Source of the DNA: an uncultured Gemmatimonadales bacterium
Lineage (GTDB): Bacteria; Gemmatimonadota; Gemmatimonadetes; Longimicrobiales; Gaopeijiaceae
Direction of reading: 5' to 3'
Length of the DNA stretch: 64,000 nucleotides
Assembly: GCA_963823035.1 (NCBI GenBank)
Contig: CAWGKG010000015.1
Span: forward strand, 1-64,000
The notes under the pieces are model-generated. The model was not told the DNA's origin, did no database searches, and worked only from the letters and a program-made list of their open reading frames with translations. Shown here one piece after another: positions 61,734 to 64,000 of this stretch (within the stretch, counting starts at the first letter, position 1; every line of letters starts with the position of its first letter). A program made the translations under genes and the position numbers.

Positions 61734-63222
61734 TCACCCCTGGGCGGCGCGCAGCAACACGTAGAAGGTGCACCCCGAGCCCGGCTGCGACACCACGCCC
61801 ACCTCGCCACCCATCCGCTCGACCGCCTTCTGGACGATCGACAGCCCCACGCCCGTGCCGGGGAAGCGGGTGGGATCGAGGCGCTCGAAGGCCCGGAAGG
61901 CGCGCGCGACGTCTCCCGGCGCGACACCGATGCCGTTGTCCGTGATCTCGATGCGCACGTGCGTCTCCTGGCGGCGCGCGCCGATGTGCACGGACGGCGT
62001 CCGCCCCTTCGGCACGAACTTGACCGCGTTGGACAGGAGGTTCTCCACCACGCTCTCCAGGAGCATCCGGTCGGCCTCCACGGCCGGGAGGTCCTCCTCC
62101 ACCGCGACGGAGGCGCCGCGCTCCTCGATGGGGCCGGCGAGGGCGGCGCGCGCTCCCTCGACCACGTCCGCGAGCTCGATCCGCTCCAGGCGCACGGGTG
62201 CGCGACTCACGCGCCCGTAGCTCAACACGTCCTGCACGAAGCCGTCCATCCTCCGGCTGGCCACGAGCATGCGATCGAGGAACTCCCGGGCCCTCCCGCT
62301 CATCTCGTGGCCATGCTCGGCCGACAGGATGGAGGCGAAGCCGCCGAGGGTGACCAGGTGCGTCCTGAGGTCGTGCGACACCGAGTACGTGAAGCCCTCG
62401 AGCTCGGAGACGGCCTCCTGGAGCTCCCGCGTGCGTCGCTCGGCCAACTGGTGCAGGGCCCAGTCCTCCGAGACGTCCCGGATCGAGCCCTGGTACTCCG
62501 CCACCTGGCCCTCCGAGGCGCGGCGGGCGGTGGCCGTGACCAGGCAGTCGCGGAGCTCCCCGGCGCGTGTGCGCAGCTGGACCGGGAAGTCCTCCACGAA
62601 CCCGTCCCGCACGATCCTCTGGCGGAAGAGGTCGCGGTCGGAGGGCTCGGCGTAGAGCGTCGAGATGTCGAGGTCCAACAGCTCGGCGCGTCCGTAGCCG
62701 AAGAGCCGCACCAGGGCGTCGTTGGCCTCGATCACCTTCCCGTCGACGTGGGACACGTACATGGCGTCGCGTGACCGCTCGAAGAGCACGCGGTAGCGAT
62801 CCTCGGTCTCCCTCAGGGCGTGCTCGGCGGCGCGCCAGTCGGTGAGGTGCCGGTCCAGACGCACGCCCAGGTCGCGCAGCAGCCCGACCACGCAACCCAC
62901 CACGATCACGAGCGCCGACCCCTCCGCCCCCGCCTCCCGGGCCACCAGCTCCCACCCCTCCACGCCGACCAGGTGAGAGCAGGAGGGCGTTGAGCGGCAC
63001 GCTCGCCACGCCCGCGAGAAGCCCGCCCCACGCGCCGAACAGCCATCCGAGGATCACCACCGGGAAGAGGGCGAGCGCCAGCACGGCGGTGTCCCCTTCG
63101 CGGTAGAGAGGGACGAACGCCGTCGCGTACACGACCACCACCAACGCCGCGAGCGCGAGCCGCCGCCACATGGGCTCGATGACGAGGCTCGAGCGAAACG
63201 GGTTCCGACGCTCGGGTCTCAT
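61734..63222 (-). CDS. Membrane PAS sensor histidine kinase (frameshift near 62970)
   Basis: N-terminal TMs, PAS (YRVLFE..N..FGY), YSVSHDLR, NLLSNAVKF, DNGIG, GTGVGL. Confidence 0.9.
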
Positions 63223-63653
63223 GGCGCCGACGGGCCCGGTCGGGCGTCGGAGGCGATCTGGAAGACCCGCCGGAAGATCTCGAGGTAGCGGCGGAAGTCG
63301 GCCGGCTTCTGGAAGTAGCCGCGCGCGCCGAGGTTGAACGCGTGGTCCGCGTCCATGGGGTTCTCGGAGGCCGTGAGCACGACCACCGGGACGTGCAGGA
63401 GGCTCGGGACCTCCCGCATCCACTCGAGCACCTCGAACCCGGAGGCGTGGGGCATGCCGAGGTCGAGGATGACGACGCCCCCTTCCACCGGCTCGTGCCC
63501 GGCGACGCGGCGACGCATCCAGGAGATCGCCTCACGGCCGTCGGCGACTTCGTGGACGGGAACGTCCGCCTGGACGCGGGCCAGCGCCTCTTTCACGAGG
63601 ATCCGGTGGTCCGCCTCGTCCTCGACCAGGAGGATCCAGTCCACGGGAGGCAT
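63219..63653 (-). CDS. Single-domain response regulator
   Basis: ILLVEDE, ILDLGMP, VVLTAS, FQKP. Confidence 0.9.
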   Translation of the reverse strand: MPPVDWILLVEDEADHRILVKEALARVQADVPVHEVADGREAISWMRRRVAGHEPVEGGVVILDLGMPHASGFEVLEWMREVPSLLHVPVVVLTASENPMDADHAFNLGARGYFQKPADFRRYLEIFRRVFQIASDARPGPSAP

Positions 63654-63743
63654 CGCCTGCCTTTTCGGTGGTCTCAGTCGCTTTCCGGGGGATGCTCAAA
63701 GATGGAAACGAATGGCGGCAGGCGCCAACGTTTCGAGCCTCCG

Positions 63744-64000
63744 TCAGCCCTCCGCGTCCGGGCGGTTGCGCTCCAGGAAGTCGTCCGTCCCCTCCGGGAG
63801 GAGGAGGTCGTCGGAGATGGCCGCGATCTCCTCGGCCTCCTCCCACGCGCGCTCCAGACGCCACAGCTCGCCCTCCAGGGCGCGCCGCTCCTGCTCCTCG
63901 TGCAGCGCCATCTCGACGGCCAGGCGGGTGGGTGCGGACAGCTTCGCGAGCTTCCCGTCCCCGGAGCTGGACGGCGTGGTTCCCCGCGGCGCTGCGCATC
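63744..64000 (-). CDS. C-terminus of a hypothetical protein (runs off the window)
   Basis: RLAVEMALHEEQERRALEGELWRLERAWEEAEEIAAISDDLLL..*. Confidence 0.75.
   Translation of the reverse strand, partial: CAAPRGTTPSSSGDGKLAKLSAPTRLAVEMALHEEQERRALEGELWRLERAWEEAEEIAAISDDLLLPEGTDDFLERNRPDAEG

Overview
High-GC bacterial window, probably Gemmatimonadota (inferred from flanking hypothetical-protein motifs; no database search was run). Many isolated indels in essential genes look like long-read assembly errors. Bases ~1-47.3 kb form a dissimilatory sulfur island. (i) One ~26-kb plus-strand run: aprBA, a Zn-ribbon protein, ykgJ, qmoABC, sat, osmC, dsrC, dsrTMKJOP, dsrABD, dsrL, dsrN, then siroheme genes including an apparent ferrochelatase-like/HemA-like fusion. 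(ii) Two Rex paralogs, with Rex-type palindromes at three promoters. (iii) A second dsrMK pair. (iv) Two outward-facing operons around rex2/dsrMK2, holding two paralogous membrane histidine kinases, three stand-alone receivers, three TauE transporters and a PEP-synthase-like phospho-His protein. Four lysine-less cytidylate-kinase-like proteins lie in or next to these operons, and none of the regulators has a DNA-binding output. This is a candidate undescribed phosphorelay controlling sulfur-oxyanion transport. dsrD plus a YRR-type DsrL and no dsrEFH point to a reductive pathway. Downstream are a 4Fe-4S/NrfD, Mo-oxidoreductase, TorD, SulP and beta-CASP operon, hypothetical genes, two tandem DUF3187-like genes, tRNA-Ala(TGC) and a PAS kinase with a receiver.
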